From: an uncultured bacterium
GTDB taxonomy: Bacteria > Patescibacteriota > Saccharimonadia > Saccharimonadales > Saccharimonadaceae
DNA length: 64,000 bases
NCBI GenBank assembly: GCA_902761145.1
Contig: CACWJA010000003.1
Coordinates: 92 to 64,091, forward strand
Direction of reading: 5' to 3'
Program-made: the position numbers and the translations under genes
Notes under the pieces: generated by a model
Database searches by the model: none
Told to the model about the DNA's origin: nothing
What the model saw: only the letters and a program-made list of their open reading frames with translations
Shown: in pieces, positions 36,455 through 45,606 of the stretch
Numbering within the stretch: position 1 is the stretch's first letter
Layout: each line of letters starts with the position of its first letter

Positions 36455-37168
36455 TCACTCTAATGAAGGGTCGCTCAATCGTACCAGAGTATATATTGTA
36501 GATGATGCCGATTCACCACTCCCATACCAGCACGTACGAATATAAAAATCATAATATTTCGAACTGCCATCGTCACCTTCTACAGTAATAATATATATCC
36601 CCTCCGCACTGTTCAAATTATTATAGCCACTTTCTGATACTAACTTTTTTTCTTCGTTAGCGCCATTTTTATACACCAACCGTGGGTACGTAGATGCAGC
36701 GCTTAATTTATTTCCAGTCGCTAAAACATCATCAGCTCCCATACCAAGTTTACGTGTATTTATGACAAATCCATATTTTTTTGCCTCACCATTATGTTCA
36801 TCGTATAGGCTAGAACACTCCCCTGGGTTAAAATTCAGTATATCATCATCATCCGTTAACTCCACGCCGCTCACTACATCTACGTTTCCACCATCACTAC
36901 GTCCGGTAACCTTTTGCCAAAGCTTAGTATACAATCCTCCCGTCTCGCCACTAATTTTTTCAGCAATATACGATGAATGGATAAATCTCAGAGCCTCAGC
37001 CTGTGTATCTACTTCCTCTCTCGCCAACGTAGCCTCAAGTGACAATTGCGCGCTACTTGCACCGCCATTCATCACAGCAAGTACCGCCACGGCCACCATC
37101 GAAAATATCCCTACTGCCAGGATAACTTCTATTAATGTATCCCCTCTTCTATTCTTTGCACGAAACAT
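36455..37168 (-). CDS. Type IV minor pilin/pseudopilin
   Basis: Prepilin-type N-terminus MFRAKNRRG/DTLIEVILAVGIFSMVAVAVLAV. Confidence 0.7.
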   Translation of the reverse strand: MFRAKNRRGDTLIEVILAVGIFSMVAVAVLAVMNGGASSAQLSLEATLAREEVDTQAEALRFIHSSYIAEKISGETGGLYTKLWQKVTGRSDGGNVDVVSGVELTDDDDILNFNPGECSSLYDEHNGEAKKYGFVINTRKLGMGADDVLATGNKLSAASTYPRLVYKNGANEEKKLVSESGYNNLNSAEGIYIITVEGDDGSSKYYDFYIRTCWYGSGESASSTIYTLVRLSDPSLE

Positions 37169-37187
37169 TGTATATTATCTCCCACTG

Positions 37188-38327
37188 TTATTTACAGTTA
37201 TGTGCCTCAAAGTTATTCTCACAAGTGGCAACCTCTTTTTTTATCTCTTTAGCCATCAATGCATATATTCTCTGACTGCCAGTGTCTTCCTTTTCTAGTC
37301 TTACTTCCACTCTGCGATATAAGTCATTAGCTCTCCCAGTAGAGTCTATCACCACCTGCATATCCAGCCTCATCCTACTATCTTCGCCCCCAGATTCTTC
37401 ACTTTCCACAGTACAGTTATCAACATCACATAACTCCATTTTTACATCTATATTTCGATACGAGTCCGCCCCACCAATCTTAGACCACATTAGCATAAAA
37501 GTATCATCATTTCGAGCCCCGTCAACAGGGTCCGGTAATACTATAACCGCCGAGCACTGCGGCTCAGACCCGCCATCACATTTTACTTTAATTGGAGCAT
37601 TTTGTACTGTCTTATCATTCGATTTCAAAAACGCATCTTTATTTATGATGTCGCCGCTCTCACCACTAGTAGGCTCCAAAAACACCGTACCGCGATTCGT
37701 TGTTTCCCCCTTAGTCATATCAAAACTATCCATAGTGAAAGTATAGCCCCCAGTTTGTAATAATCCCACCTCTAAAGTAGGTAGATCCTCCACGTCCCCC
37801 ACTGTTTCCCCCTCTACTCCCCAGCTCATCTTCACTGCCTTTACATCACTCGCTTGTTTTCCGTCAGCTAACTTTACTTTTACAACTCTCGTAGGATTTT
37901 CATTGTTAAGAGAGCTTAGATAATCATAACTACCTAAATCTATCTTGGTGCAAGTATACGCTTGATCCATATCATTCCCGGAACCCTCTTGTATTTTTAT
38001 CCCAGATCCATCTTCACTATCTACCCTCCCTAAATTCGCCGCAAAAGAGTTACATTCGCCATCACCCAAATGCGTACTCTCACAATCTGATCTATTACTT
38101 TTCACACAATTCTTATAGTTATAATACGCCAGCCTTGCATCCTCTACCCCAGCCACTGCAGCATCATAAGCAGATTGAGACAAATCATCATTAGATGTCC
38201 TGCTGATCTCAGCTATCATTATTGCCGCAAAACTAGTAGCTATTATTACTAACACCAAAGTAGCTATAGCTACCATGTAAAAAGATGCTGCCCCCTGTTT
38301 AAATCTTCTATCCCTTTGTTGCTTCAT
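37188..38327 (-). CDS. PilX-like pilus minor component (N-terminal hydrophobic helix, no canonical G/F cleavage motif)
   Basis: KQGAASFYMVAIATLVLVIIATSFAAIMIAEI. ATGA overlap with the upstream minor pilin gene. Confidence 0.55.
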   Translation of the reverse strand: MKQQRDRRFKQGAASFYMVAIATLVLVIIATSFAAIMIAEISRTSNDDLSQSAYDAAVAGVEDARLAYYNYKNCVKSNRSDCESTHLGDGECNSFAANLGRVDSEDGSGIKIQEGSGNDMDQAYTCTKIDLGSYDYLSSLNNENPTRVVKVKLADGKQASDVKAVKMSWGVEGETVGDVEDLPTLEVGLLQTGGYTFTMDSFDMTKGETTNRGTVFLEPTSGESGDIINKDAFLKSNDKTVQNAPIKVKCDGGSEPQCSAVIVLPDPVDGARNDDTFMLMWSKIGGADSYRNIDVKMELCDVDNCTVESEESGGEDSRMRLDMQVVIDSTGRANDLYRRVEVRLEKEDTGSQRIYALMAKEIKKEVATCENNFEAHNCK

Positions 38328-39127
38328 TTCTTCATCCCTCCTGCCTGCGCGGCAAAATTAAATTTATTTATAGCACAATAATTAAAATTACTATTATCCC
38401 CCTCTGGCGGAGTACAGTAATCCCCTTCAGCCATTATATTCACGCCGCCACCACGTGTCCCCAGCACAAAAGATATCGAATAAAACATCGTCTTTATAGC
38501 ATCACTCTCAGCTGGCTTCGGTACATATAGATCATATATGGCCAGTCTACTATCACTAGGTATTAACTCCTCATATTCCGTCACACCAAAATTAATATCA
38601 TCACCAGGATGTTCTTTTACCATTTTCTTATATTTATTACATATCTGCCTATCTTCATCCTTGATTTTGGCTAACCAATACCCTTCCCCAACGTCATCGT
38701 TAATTTTTACACCAATTTCATGGTCACCCCCATCCAGATAGCCCGTTCTCCATAGATAGCTATATTTCCCAGTACAAAACCCGCCATATAGCGGTACATC
38801 ATATTGCACCGAAGGTACTGGTATTCTACTAGTATTACGCCCATCATGATTATTCTTCTGCACAAAATACATACAACTAGGATCGTCAACGTTTTCCCCT
38901 GCGCATCCAGCATCCAACTTCACTGGCGACCCCTGCACCACAGTCCGCATATCATCTACTAGGTCCATCCCTACGTCGTTTATTTTATTAAGCGTCAGCC
39001 CCCTCTGATACGCTAGCACAGTATTATTAATTATCAGTACCGCTGTAAGCGATAATATACCAATAAACACTAGCGACAAAGATAGCTCCACCAGTGTAAA
39101 TCCCTTTTTGTTCACCGCACCTTTCAT
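38324..39127 (-). CDS. Type IV minor pilin
   Basis: MKGAVNKKG/FTLVELSLSLVFIGILSL prepilin motif. Confidence 0.75.
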   Translation of the reverse strand: MKGAVNKKGFTLVELSLSLVFIGILSLTAVLIINNTVLAYQRGLTLNKINDVGMDLVDDMRTVVQGSPVKLDAGCAGENVDDPSCMYFVQKNNHDGRNTSRIPVPSVQYDVPLYGGFCTGKYSYLWRTGYLDGGDHEIGVKINDDVGEGYWLAKIKDEDRQICNKYKKMVKEHPGDDINFGVTEYEELIPSDSRLAIYDLYVPKPAESDAIKTMFYSISFVLGTRGGGVNIMAEGDYCTPPEGDNSNFNYCAINKFNFAAQAGGMKK

Positions 39128-39158
39128 ATCGTATATTATACCACAACCACTTTATTTA

Positions 39159-39896
39159 TTATTTGCATCCATTGCTTGCATCATCATCCGGCACCAGCAC
39201 CACCCCAGATACATTCCTAGCATTTGCCACTACTCTTACATCTTTACGAGGCCCATCGCCACCAACAGTTTCACCGTCAGGATTTACGCACAAATCAATC
39301 GCCTTTTCCTCAAATTCACCCTCAACTATCTCTTCTCCAAGCTTCCACCCACTTTCAACATGCTTATCTGTCACATAAGTATACACAGTACCAGTCTCTG
39401 GATGTCGTATTATCATAATCGCACCCTTAAATAAATCAAAACTGCCGTCATTTTTAAACTGTATCTTCGACCCCCACTTTGGTATATAAGACTCCGTTAG
39501 TCCAGCATCCACCAATCCGACACTTATATCCTCACGCTTCCCCACATGCGACCCAGCGGTAATAATTCGCCCCAAAGCCCCACCACCTACTCCTCCCCCC
39601 GTATCCTTGCCTATCACACTATAAGAAATCACTTTGTCATCATCGCCATTGTTGCCAAAAGTAATTATCCGCCCGTATATTACATCGTCACTACTACCAG
39701 CACCCTCACTCTGCACATTCAGTACCTGCGAATAATTATTCCTCAAAAAATCCGCAAAGCTCTGCACTGCATCATTATATCTCTGCTGATATATAGAATT
39801 CTGAGTCCCAGCCACTATGCCCACAAATATAAGCGAAGTTATCGCTAAGAAAAGCGATACTTCTACCAAGGTAAACCCACGCCTATGACTTATCAT
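39159..39896 (-). CDS. Type IV minor pilin
   Basis: Start at the ATG 39896: MISHRRG/FTLVEVSLFLAITSLIFVGIVAG. The longer track ORF would overlap the upstream gene. Confidence 0.75.
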   Translation of the reverse strand: MISHRRGFTLVEVSLFLAITSLIFVGIVAGTQNSIYQQRYNDAVQSFADFLRNNYSQVLNVQSEGAGSSDDVIYGRIITFGNNGDDDKVISYSVIGKDTGGGVGGGALGRIITAGSHVGKREDISVGLVDAGLTESYIPKWGSKIQFKNDGSFDLFKGAIMIIRHPETGTVYTYVTDKHVESGWKLGEEIVEGEFEEKAIDLCVNPDGETVGGDGPRKDVRVVANARNVSGVVLVPDDDASNGCK

Positions 39897-39928
39897 GTCT
39901 CCATTATAACATAAGCATTCTTTTTTTG

Positions 39929-40354
39929 TTAGTGAGTCAGGAATAAATACATCATCCATTTTTCAAAATTCGAATACTCTTTCCGTACTGTCTCGCTAGG
40001 AGTAATTTTATGCTTTCCTTTGGCCTCATCAGAATTTTCCGGCAGCACCACCATATGTTCTCCAGGCCACTGCTTATCCAAATATTTACGCGCCATTATT
40101 TCCTGATACTCACTTGTAGACTGATATTCATTCTCCAACTCCGCCGCCTCTACCTCAGTTTTTACCAACTCCAAATCCTTTTGCTCGGTCATTAGTCTTT
40201 CTGACAGCTCCCAGTTTCTAGACATTGCCACTATAGACTGATATGTCCACACTAGGCACATGATAATAGCCAGCATCAATACGATATTCTCTATCGTAAA
40301 AAAATCATGCTTCATCCTAAATTTCGTTCGCCGTACACTGTCTTTCACGCTCAT
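39929..40354 (-). CDS. FtsB/DivIC-like septum-formation-initiator family protein
   Basis: TM (IVLMLAIIMCLVWTY), then a coiled coil (LMTEQKDLELVKTEVEAAELENE), then EYQEIMARKYLDKQWPGEHMVVLPE, which matches the family C-terminal motif. Start uncertain (40354 or 40372). Confidence 0.55.
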   Translation of the reverse strand: MSVKDSVRRTKFRMKHDFFTIENIVLMLAIIMCLVWTYQSIVAMSRNWELSERLMTEQKDLELVKTEVEAAELENEYQSTSEYQEIMARKYLDKQWPGEHMVVLPENSDEAKGKHKITPSETVRKEYSNFEKWMMYLFLTH

Positions 40355-40409
40355 GCATATATTATAATACATCGCCCACACAACATCTAGTGCCAAAATC
40401 CCAATAGTA

Positions 40410-40418
40410 TGATATAAT
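40410..40418 (+). promoter_or_regulatory. Extended -10 promoter element (TGaTATAAT) for tRNA-Ile
   Basis: TGATATAAT lies 11 nt upstream of the tRNA 5' end. Confidence 0.45.
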
Positions 40419-40429
40419 GTATTCACCAA

Positions 40430-40506
40430 GGGGGTATAGCTCAGTTGGTCAGAGCATGCGTCTTATACACGCAGTGTCCTTGGTTCGAGTCCAAGTACCC
40501 CCACCA
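40430..40506 (+). tRNA. tRNA-Ile (anticodon TAT, reads AUA), CCA encoded
   Basis: Acceptor GGGGGTA/TACCCCC; anticodon stem TGCGT/ACGCA with loop CTTATAC; T-arm CTTGG-TTCGAGT-CCAAG. Confidence 0.85.
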
Positions 40507-40552
40507 TCGCAATGGAAATGAGGCTGTAAGCCTTATTTTTGTTGCGATAATT

Positions 40553-40684
40553 GGGCACTTGGATAAGAACAAGGTTCGCCCAGCGTAGGAGGCGAATATG
40601 AATCTAAAATTTATTCTAGATTCATTGAGGCGACGCCCGCTGGATTGCTTGCCTATGGCAAGCAAAGTCCAAGTACCCCCACCA
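40553..40684 (+). ncRNA. Candidate structured element closed by a tRNA-Ile-derived acceptor/T-stem minihelix and ending in ..ACCA (same family as 15234..15367)
   Basis: GGGCACTTGG (40553..40562) pairs with CCAAGTACCC (40669..40678). Hairpins at 40567..40577, 40580..40585/40638..40643, 40598..40625 and 40645..40665. 56-bp direct repeat at 40488..40543 and 40666..40721. Confidence 0.5.
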
Positions 40685-40771
40685 TCGCAATGGAAATGAG
40701 GCTGTAAGCCTTATTTTTGTTTTCCAGCGCCAAATGCCTCACCAATAATAAAAATCACCCACTGGTTTGTC

Positions 40772-41578
40772 CTACACTATGCTCGTCAATACATCCGCCA
40801 GCGTCGTAACGATCACCCACGCTGCCACCATAAAAGGCCCCAAATATATACGCCTCTTGCCTGTTTTCTTTAGCACTGGCACAATCGCTATGCAGGCCAG
40901 TACATTTGTTAAACATAACGTTACTAACCCTAGCCATGGGCTCATCATTGTTAGCCCCACAGCAACACCAAGTAGCCAATCACCATCCCCTACCCATCGC
41001 CCCCTAGATGCTGCATACAACACAAAGTATAGCCCCCCAAGCACTGCCACAGCACCTACCGGCCCCCAAATATTCCGATCAATCGAGAAAGGAACTTCGC
41101 CAATCAACATCCACTCTTTTAAAACTAGCACGATCACACCACACACTATAGCAATGATTAACCCCACCACTGGCAATTCTCCATATAGCCCATCATATAT
41201 TGCGAGCCCTCCTAGTATCACCGCCAGCACTATTGTAGCCAAAAACACCCCCCATTTTAGTGGCATAGCTATGGCTATATTTATAGTAGACGCCAGCATC
41301 GCGAACGCACATCCCATTCCTAGCTCACTTATTAGCTCTGCTAAGCCTATCTTTTTTCCACATTTGCGACATCTACCCCCAAGCATCAACCATGATAATA
41401 CCGGTATATTATCATACCATTTTAACTGATACCCACATTTCATACATACAGATCTCGCACCGAGATTCTTTTTTTTCTTCGTACTAGTTCTTAAATGCAT
41501 CCGTCTCGCCTGACAACATAAGAAAGACCCCATACAGCTGCCCACCACAAACATCGTTATCCACCACATTACATTCAT
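40772..41578 (-). CDS. pilD: Prepilin peptidase (A24 family)
   Basis: N-terminal Cys motifs CCQARR..CMKCGYQLKWYDNIPVLSWLMLGGRCRKCGKKIG, then a polytopic membrane domain. Confidence 0.85.
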   Translation of the reverse strand: MNVMWWITMFVVGSCMGSFLCCQARRMHLRTSTKKKKNLGARSVCMKCGYQLKWYDNIPVLSWLMLGGRCRKCGKKIGLAELISELGMGCAFAMLASTINIAIAMPLKWGVFLATIVLAVILGGLAIYDGLYGELPVVGLIIAIVCGVIVLVLKEWMLIGEVPFSIDRNIWGPVGAVAVLGGLYFVLYAASRGRWVGDGDWLLGVAVGLTMMSPWLGLVTLCLTNVLACIAIVPVLKKTGKRRIYLGPFMVAAWVIVTTLADVLTSIV

Positions 41579-41646
41579 ATACCGATTGTATCATACACTT
41601 GATTTCTCACACCAATGCTTTATAATATAACCATAAGGAGATTATT

Positions 41647-42234
41647 ATGCCTCACCACAAACATGGCTTTACTATTATAGAAGTATCATTAGTACTCGCT
41701 ATTGCTGGACTTATTCTTGTCATGGCTTTTATCACCCTTCCCGCCCTCCAGCGCCAGACCAGAGACAGCAAGCGCAAAGAAGACACCATGACATTCCTCC
41801 AAGCCCTCAAAAAATACCAGCAGAACAATCGTGGTAATTTACCTGCTTATTCTGACAATGAGAGCATATTAGACAGTTATTCAATATTACATCTAAGTGA
41901 GTATTCAGACGGCTATAGTACATGGGAAAATAACGATTATGACGAAACGCAAAACCGCTGGGTTGCTTTTTATAACCAATATCTCGGCAATGATTTCACC
42001 AACCCAGATGGCATTAAATACTCTTTTTTGATACAAAAAAACCCCGACGACGCCTGGTGGCCATATGAAGACATAGTAGCCTACGATGTTTCCGATTTTG
42101 AAAACCGGTATGCAGATTTTTACATCTTCCTCAAAGCTACTTGCCAGAACGGCGAACCAGCAGGAAGCAACAACTCTCGTAATTTAGCCATAGTTACCAT
42201 TCTAGAGTCTGGCACCTACTGCGCCAACCTATAG
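41647..42234 (+). CDS. Type IV pilin
   Basis: MPHHKHG/FTIIEVSLVLAIAGLILVMAFITLPALQRQTRDSKRK. AAGGAG SD. Confidence 0.8.
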   Translation: MPHHKHGFTIIEVSLVLAIAGLILVMAFITLPALQRQTRDSKRKEDTMTFLQALKKYQQNNRGNLPAYSDNESILDSYSILHLSEYSDGYSTWENNDYDETQNRWVAFYNQYLGNDFTNPDGIKYSFLIQKNPDDAWWPYEDIVAYDVSDFENRYADFYIFLKATCQNGEPAGSNNSRNLAIVTILESGTYCANL

Positions 42235-42417
42235 CACAGTTTATACTGACCTATCTATCATTTCGTAGACTCTACACGTCATTCTCTATATCACACGATA
42301 ATTTATCCCAAAAAGCTATTGCTTTTTCAGAAAAAACTGATATCATAAAATCATAAAACACATTATATGGTTATGGCTACCGTATAATGCAAAATAATAA
42401 ATAAAGAAAGGACGAAC

Positions 42418-42948
42418 ATGTCTAACAAAAAACTATCAACCACTAAAAAAGGCTTCACCATCATCGAAGTCGTGCTCGTGCTAGCTATTGCCGGCCTTAT
42501 CTTCTTGATGGTATTCGTGGCCCTGCCAGCCCTCCAACGTAACCAACGCGACACCCAACGCCGCCAAGATTACGCTGATGCAGCAGCAGCTATAATCGGC
42601 TACGCCTCCAATAACGGTGGGAAACTACCAACACTCACCAATAGCACCGCATATCCTCAATTTGCAGCAAATAAAATCATAAACACTACTGGCAAGGACC
42701 CATCGAACGTCAACTATTCATTGATAGTCTGTTCCGGTACAGCGGCTGGTCCTAAAGGAACCTGTTCGGTTAACGGTGCAGCAGCAGCGAGCAACACAAA
42801 TATCACTGCGCCTGGTTCTGGACAAGTTTATGTCGTAGTCAAAGGAAAATGCGATAATGGCGTACTCAAAGTAGGTACCTCCGATAAAGAATTTGCAGTG
42901 TATGGCTACATGGAAGGCGCAACGTATTGCAATAACTACAACATATAA
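42418..42948 (+). CDS. Type IV pilin (probable major pilin)
   Basis: MSNKKLSTTKKG/FTIIEVVLVLAIAGLIFLMVFVALPALQRNQRDTQRR. Two C-terminal Cys pairs. A strong terminator follows. Confidence 0.8.
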   Translation: MSNKKLSTTKKGFTIIEVVLVLAIAGLIFLMVFVALPALQRNQRDTQRRQDYADAAAAIIGYASNNGGKLPTLTNSTAYPQFAANKIINTTGKDPSNVNYSLIVCSGTAAGPKGTCSVNGAAAASNTNITAPGSGQVYVVVKGKCDNGVLKVGTSDKEFAVYGYMEGATYCNNYNI

Positions 42949-42963
42949 GCTTTGGTTTATACC

Positions 42964-42994
42964 AAAAATCCACCAGTTCAACTGGTGGATTTTT
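42964..42994 (+). terminator. Rho-independent terminator after the pilin gene
   Basis: AAAAATCCACCAGT-TCAA-CTGGTGGATTTTT. Confidence 0.85.
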
Positions 42995-43270
42995 CAAGCA
43001 AACAAAACTATCCACTTTCGGCATAAAGAATTAAAACGTAATCTATAGTCTACCAATTGCTTTATTATTCCTTATCTCCATAAATGTTTGCATCTAAAAC
43101 ACCCAGCACTCCTAGCCCATTTCCCTTTAGCTAATTCTACGCATTTCCTTCATCCCTGGAGCGTGTTCTTCTACAATATCCACACGATGGCTTCTACGGC
43201 ACATGCATAGTATACTCAAAAAATCATTTCATATTGATCAACTAGCCAGTACGATGCAAATAGTTGTCTA

Positions 43271-44476
43271 TTAACCGCCCACGTTACTCACTAACGAATA
43301 TATCGGTAGCAGCGTACCCGCTATCACTACACCAATGAGCCCTGCCATTATCACCATCAGTATAGGCTCTACCATAGTGGAAATATTATTAATCTGTGTA
43401 TCCAGCTCATTCTCGTATACCTGTGCAGCCTTACCAAGCATCTCATCTATTTTACCAGACTCCTCACCTATAGATGCCATCTGTGGCACTAGTGGTAGCA
43501 TATATTCTCGGTCCTTTAGCGCTCCAGACAGTGCCTTACCGCCCTTGATAGGCTCTAGTACTTTACGATATTCCTCCTCTACTACCACATTATTGGTAGC
43601 GTCTATCGCTATAGCCACCGAGTCTAGCATTGGCACCCCAGTCGCCAGCATCATTTCTGCCGTCCGCGCAAATCTAGACACGTACAGCTTACGAAACAGC
43701 CCACCAAATATCGGCACATGTATTTTTATGCTATCCATTACCTTGCGCCCCACTGGAGTTCTCTTCACTGCATAGACACATCCACCCACTACACCCACTA
43801 GTATTATTAATACCAGCCACCAAAAGTTTCCAAAAAAATCTGACACATCCACCAATACCTGCGTAATCCCTGGCACAGTTTCCCCCATATCATCATATAG
43901 TTGCCTCACCTGTGGCACCACCGACGTCATCATAAAAGCAAGTACACCTAGTACCACTACTAATATTATCCCTGGATACACCATCGCTCCACGAATCTTC
44001 GATAGCATCGCTGCATCCTTCTCTTCCTGCTCCGCCAGTCTCTTGAGTGCCAAATCAAGCGTACCAGATGCCTCACCCGCCTTTATCAGTGCCAAATACA
44101 CACCGTTGAATACCTCCGGATGCAAAGCAAATGATTCATGTAAACTCTTACCAGATTCCACATTTATCAATATTTCCTCAGTAATTTTTTTCATGCCACG
44201 CCCTTGCGTTTGCTCTATCACGGTACGAAGCGACGTCGCTAGCGGCAACCCAGCACCGATCAATGTGGCAAGTTGCCTTGTAAATGTAATCCTATCTTTA
44301 TTTGTTACGCGATCAGTGCTTCCTAAAAGCCCAGTGCCCTCTTCAGTCAAAGATTGAGGGATGTATCCCTGCTCTATCAACAGATGCCCAGCTGTGCGTT
44401 CATCCTCAGCCTGAATATCACCCTTTACCACCTTGCCGGTAGACTTATCTTTAGCACGATATTTAAACCGCCGCAT
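43271..44476 (-). CDS. pilC: Type IV pilus platform protein (GspF/PilC family)
   Basis: 401 aa with two T2SSF repeats (FTRQLATLIGAGLPL.., FARTAEMMLATGVPML..) and three TM regions. Confidence 0.85.
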   Translation of the reverse strand: MRRFKYRAKDKSTGKVVKGDIQAEDERTAGHLLIEQGYIPQSLTEEGTGLLGSTDRVTNKDRITFTRQLATLIGAGLPLATSLRTVIEQTQGRGMKKITEEILINVESGKSLHESFALHPEVFNGVYLALIKAGEASGTLDLALKRLAEQEEKDAAMLSKIRGAMVYPGIILVVVLGVLAFMMTSVVPQVRQLYDDMGETVPGITQVLVDVSDFFGNFWWLVLIILVGVVGGCVYAVKRTPVGRKVMDSIKIHVPIFGGLFRKLYVSRFARTAEMMLATGVPMLDSVAIAIDATNNVVVEEEYRKVLEPIKGGKALSGALKDREYMLPLVPQMASIGEESGKIDEMLGKAAQVYENELDTQINNISTMVEPILMVIMAGLIGVVIAGTLLPIYSLVSNVGG

Positions 44477-45555
44477 TAGCCCCTCACTAGCCTATTTAGC
44501 TCATTTATGTCCACAGCATATTCACGCGCTGAATCATATGATATCACGCCAGTTTGTATCAGCTTCACCAATGTACGATCCATCGTCTGCATCCCTTGCT
44601 CGGCGCCAGTCTGTATAGCCGTATCTATCTGATGCGTTTTGCCATCACGGATCAAATTCCGTATCGCCGAATTTGCCACCATTATCTCAGCCGCCACTAC
44701 ACGCCCACCCCCAATAGCCGGAACCAACCTTTGTGAACATATTGCCATCAATATATTGGATAGCTGTGATCTTATCTGCGGCTGCTGATGTGCCGGAAAT
44801 ACATCTATCATACGATCTATACTCTGCGCCGCAGAATTCGTATGCAACGTAGCAAAAACCAAATGCCCAGTCTCAGCAATAGTGATAGCAGCCTGTATAG
44901 TCTCCAGATCTCGCATCTCGCCAATTAGTACTACATCGGGATCTTCACGCAATACAGACCTCAACGCCGCCGCAAAACTAAAAGTATCGTAATGCACCTC
45001 ACGCTGAGCTATCACGCTACGCTCGGATTTATGAGTGAATTCTATCGGATCCTCTATAGTAATAATATGCGTAGATTTCTCGTGATTAATCTTATGCACT
45101 AGTGCAGCCAAAGTAGTAGATTTACCTGACCCAGTTGGCCCAGTCACCAGTACTAGCCCACGAGGATAATCCGCAAAAGTTTCTACAATAGCCGGCATGC
45201 CTAGCTCGTCAATAGTCTTTATTTGATTAGGAATCAAGCGAAAAGCAGCAGCCAACTTGCCTTTTTCATGAAAAGCATTTACACGAAATCTAGCAATATC
45301 ACCAAAAGCAAACGAGTAATCAAATTCCTTGTCTTTCAGTAAAATCTTTTGTTGATCATCATCCAACGTCGTAAAAATCAGGTTTTTCAGGGCTTCCTCT
45401 GTAAGTGCAGGTATCCCCGCTATCGGCAATAATACGCCATCTACGCGTAGTATTGGTGGCAAGCCATACTGCAGATGCAAATCCGAAGCATTCCGCTTTA
45501 CACACTCTTCAAGAAGACTTTCAATCTTCAGTACACTCTGCCCACTACTTTCCAT
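44476..45555 (-). CDS. pilT: Twitching-motility retraction ATPase
   Basis: 359 aa. ASDLHL, LVLVTGPTGSGKSTTLAAL, DVVLIGEMRD, LVFATLHTNSAAQSIDR. Confidence 0.85.
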   Translation of the reverse strand: MESSGQSVLKIESLLEECVKRNASDLHLQYGLPPILRVDGVLLPIAGIPALTEEALKNLIFTTLDDDQQKILLKDKEFDYSFAFGDIARFRVNAFHEKGKLAAAFRLIPNQIKTIDELGMPAIVETFADYPRGLVLVTGPTGSGKSTTLAALVHKINHEKSTHIITIEDPIEFTHKSERSVIAQREVHYDTFSFAAALRSVLREDPDVVLIGEMRDLETIQAAITIAETGHLVFATLHTNSAAQSIDRMIDVFPAHQQPQIRSQLSNILMAICSQRLVPAIGGGRVVAAEIMVANSAIRNLIRDGKTHQIDTAIQTGAEQGMQTMDRTLVKLIQTGVISYDSAREYAVDINELNRLVRG

Positions 45556-45606
45556 ACCATCAATTATACCATAAACATATTATTTTTTACACATATATTT
45601 GCCATA

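Noticed and set aside
36762-37746. (+) ORFs of 178 and 154 aa
   Set aside because: They are antisense to the minor-pilin genes. Their composition is Ser/Thr/Leu-rich reverse-frame.
40441-40665. 74-aa (-) ORF
   Set aside because: It lies on the reverse strand of tRNA-Ile, its terminator and the repeat element, and has no start signals. The tRNA and the structured element explain the sequence.
40767-41429. 220-aa (+) ORF
   Set aside because: It is antisense to pilD, whose prepilin-peptidase motifs are unambiguous.
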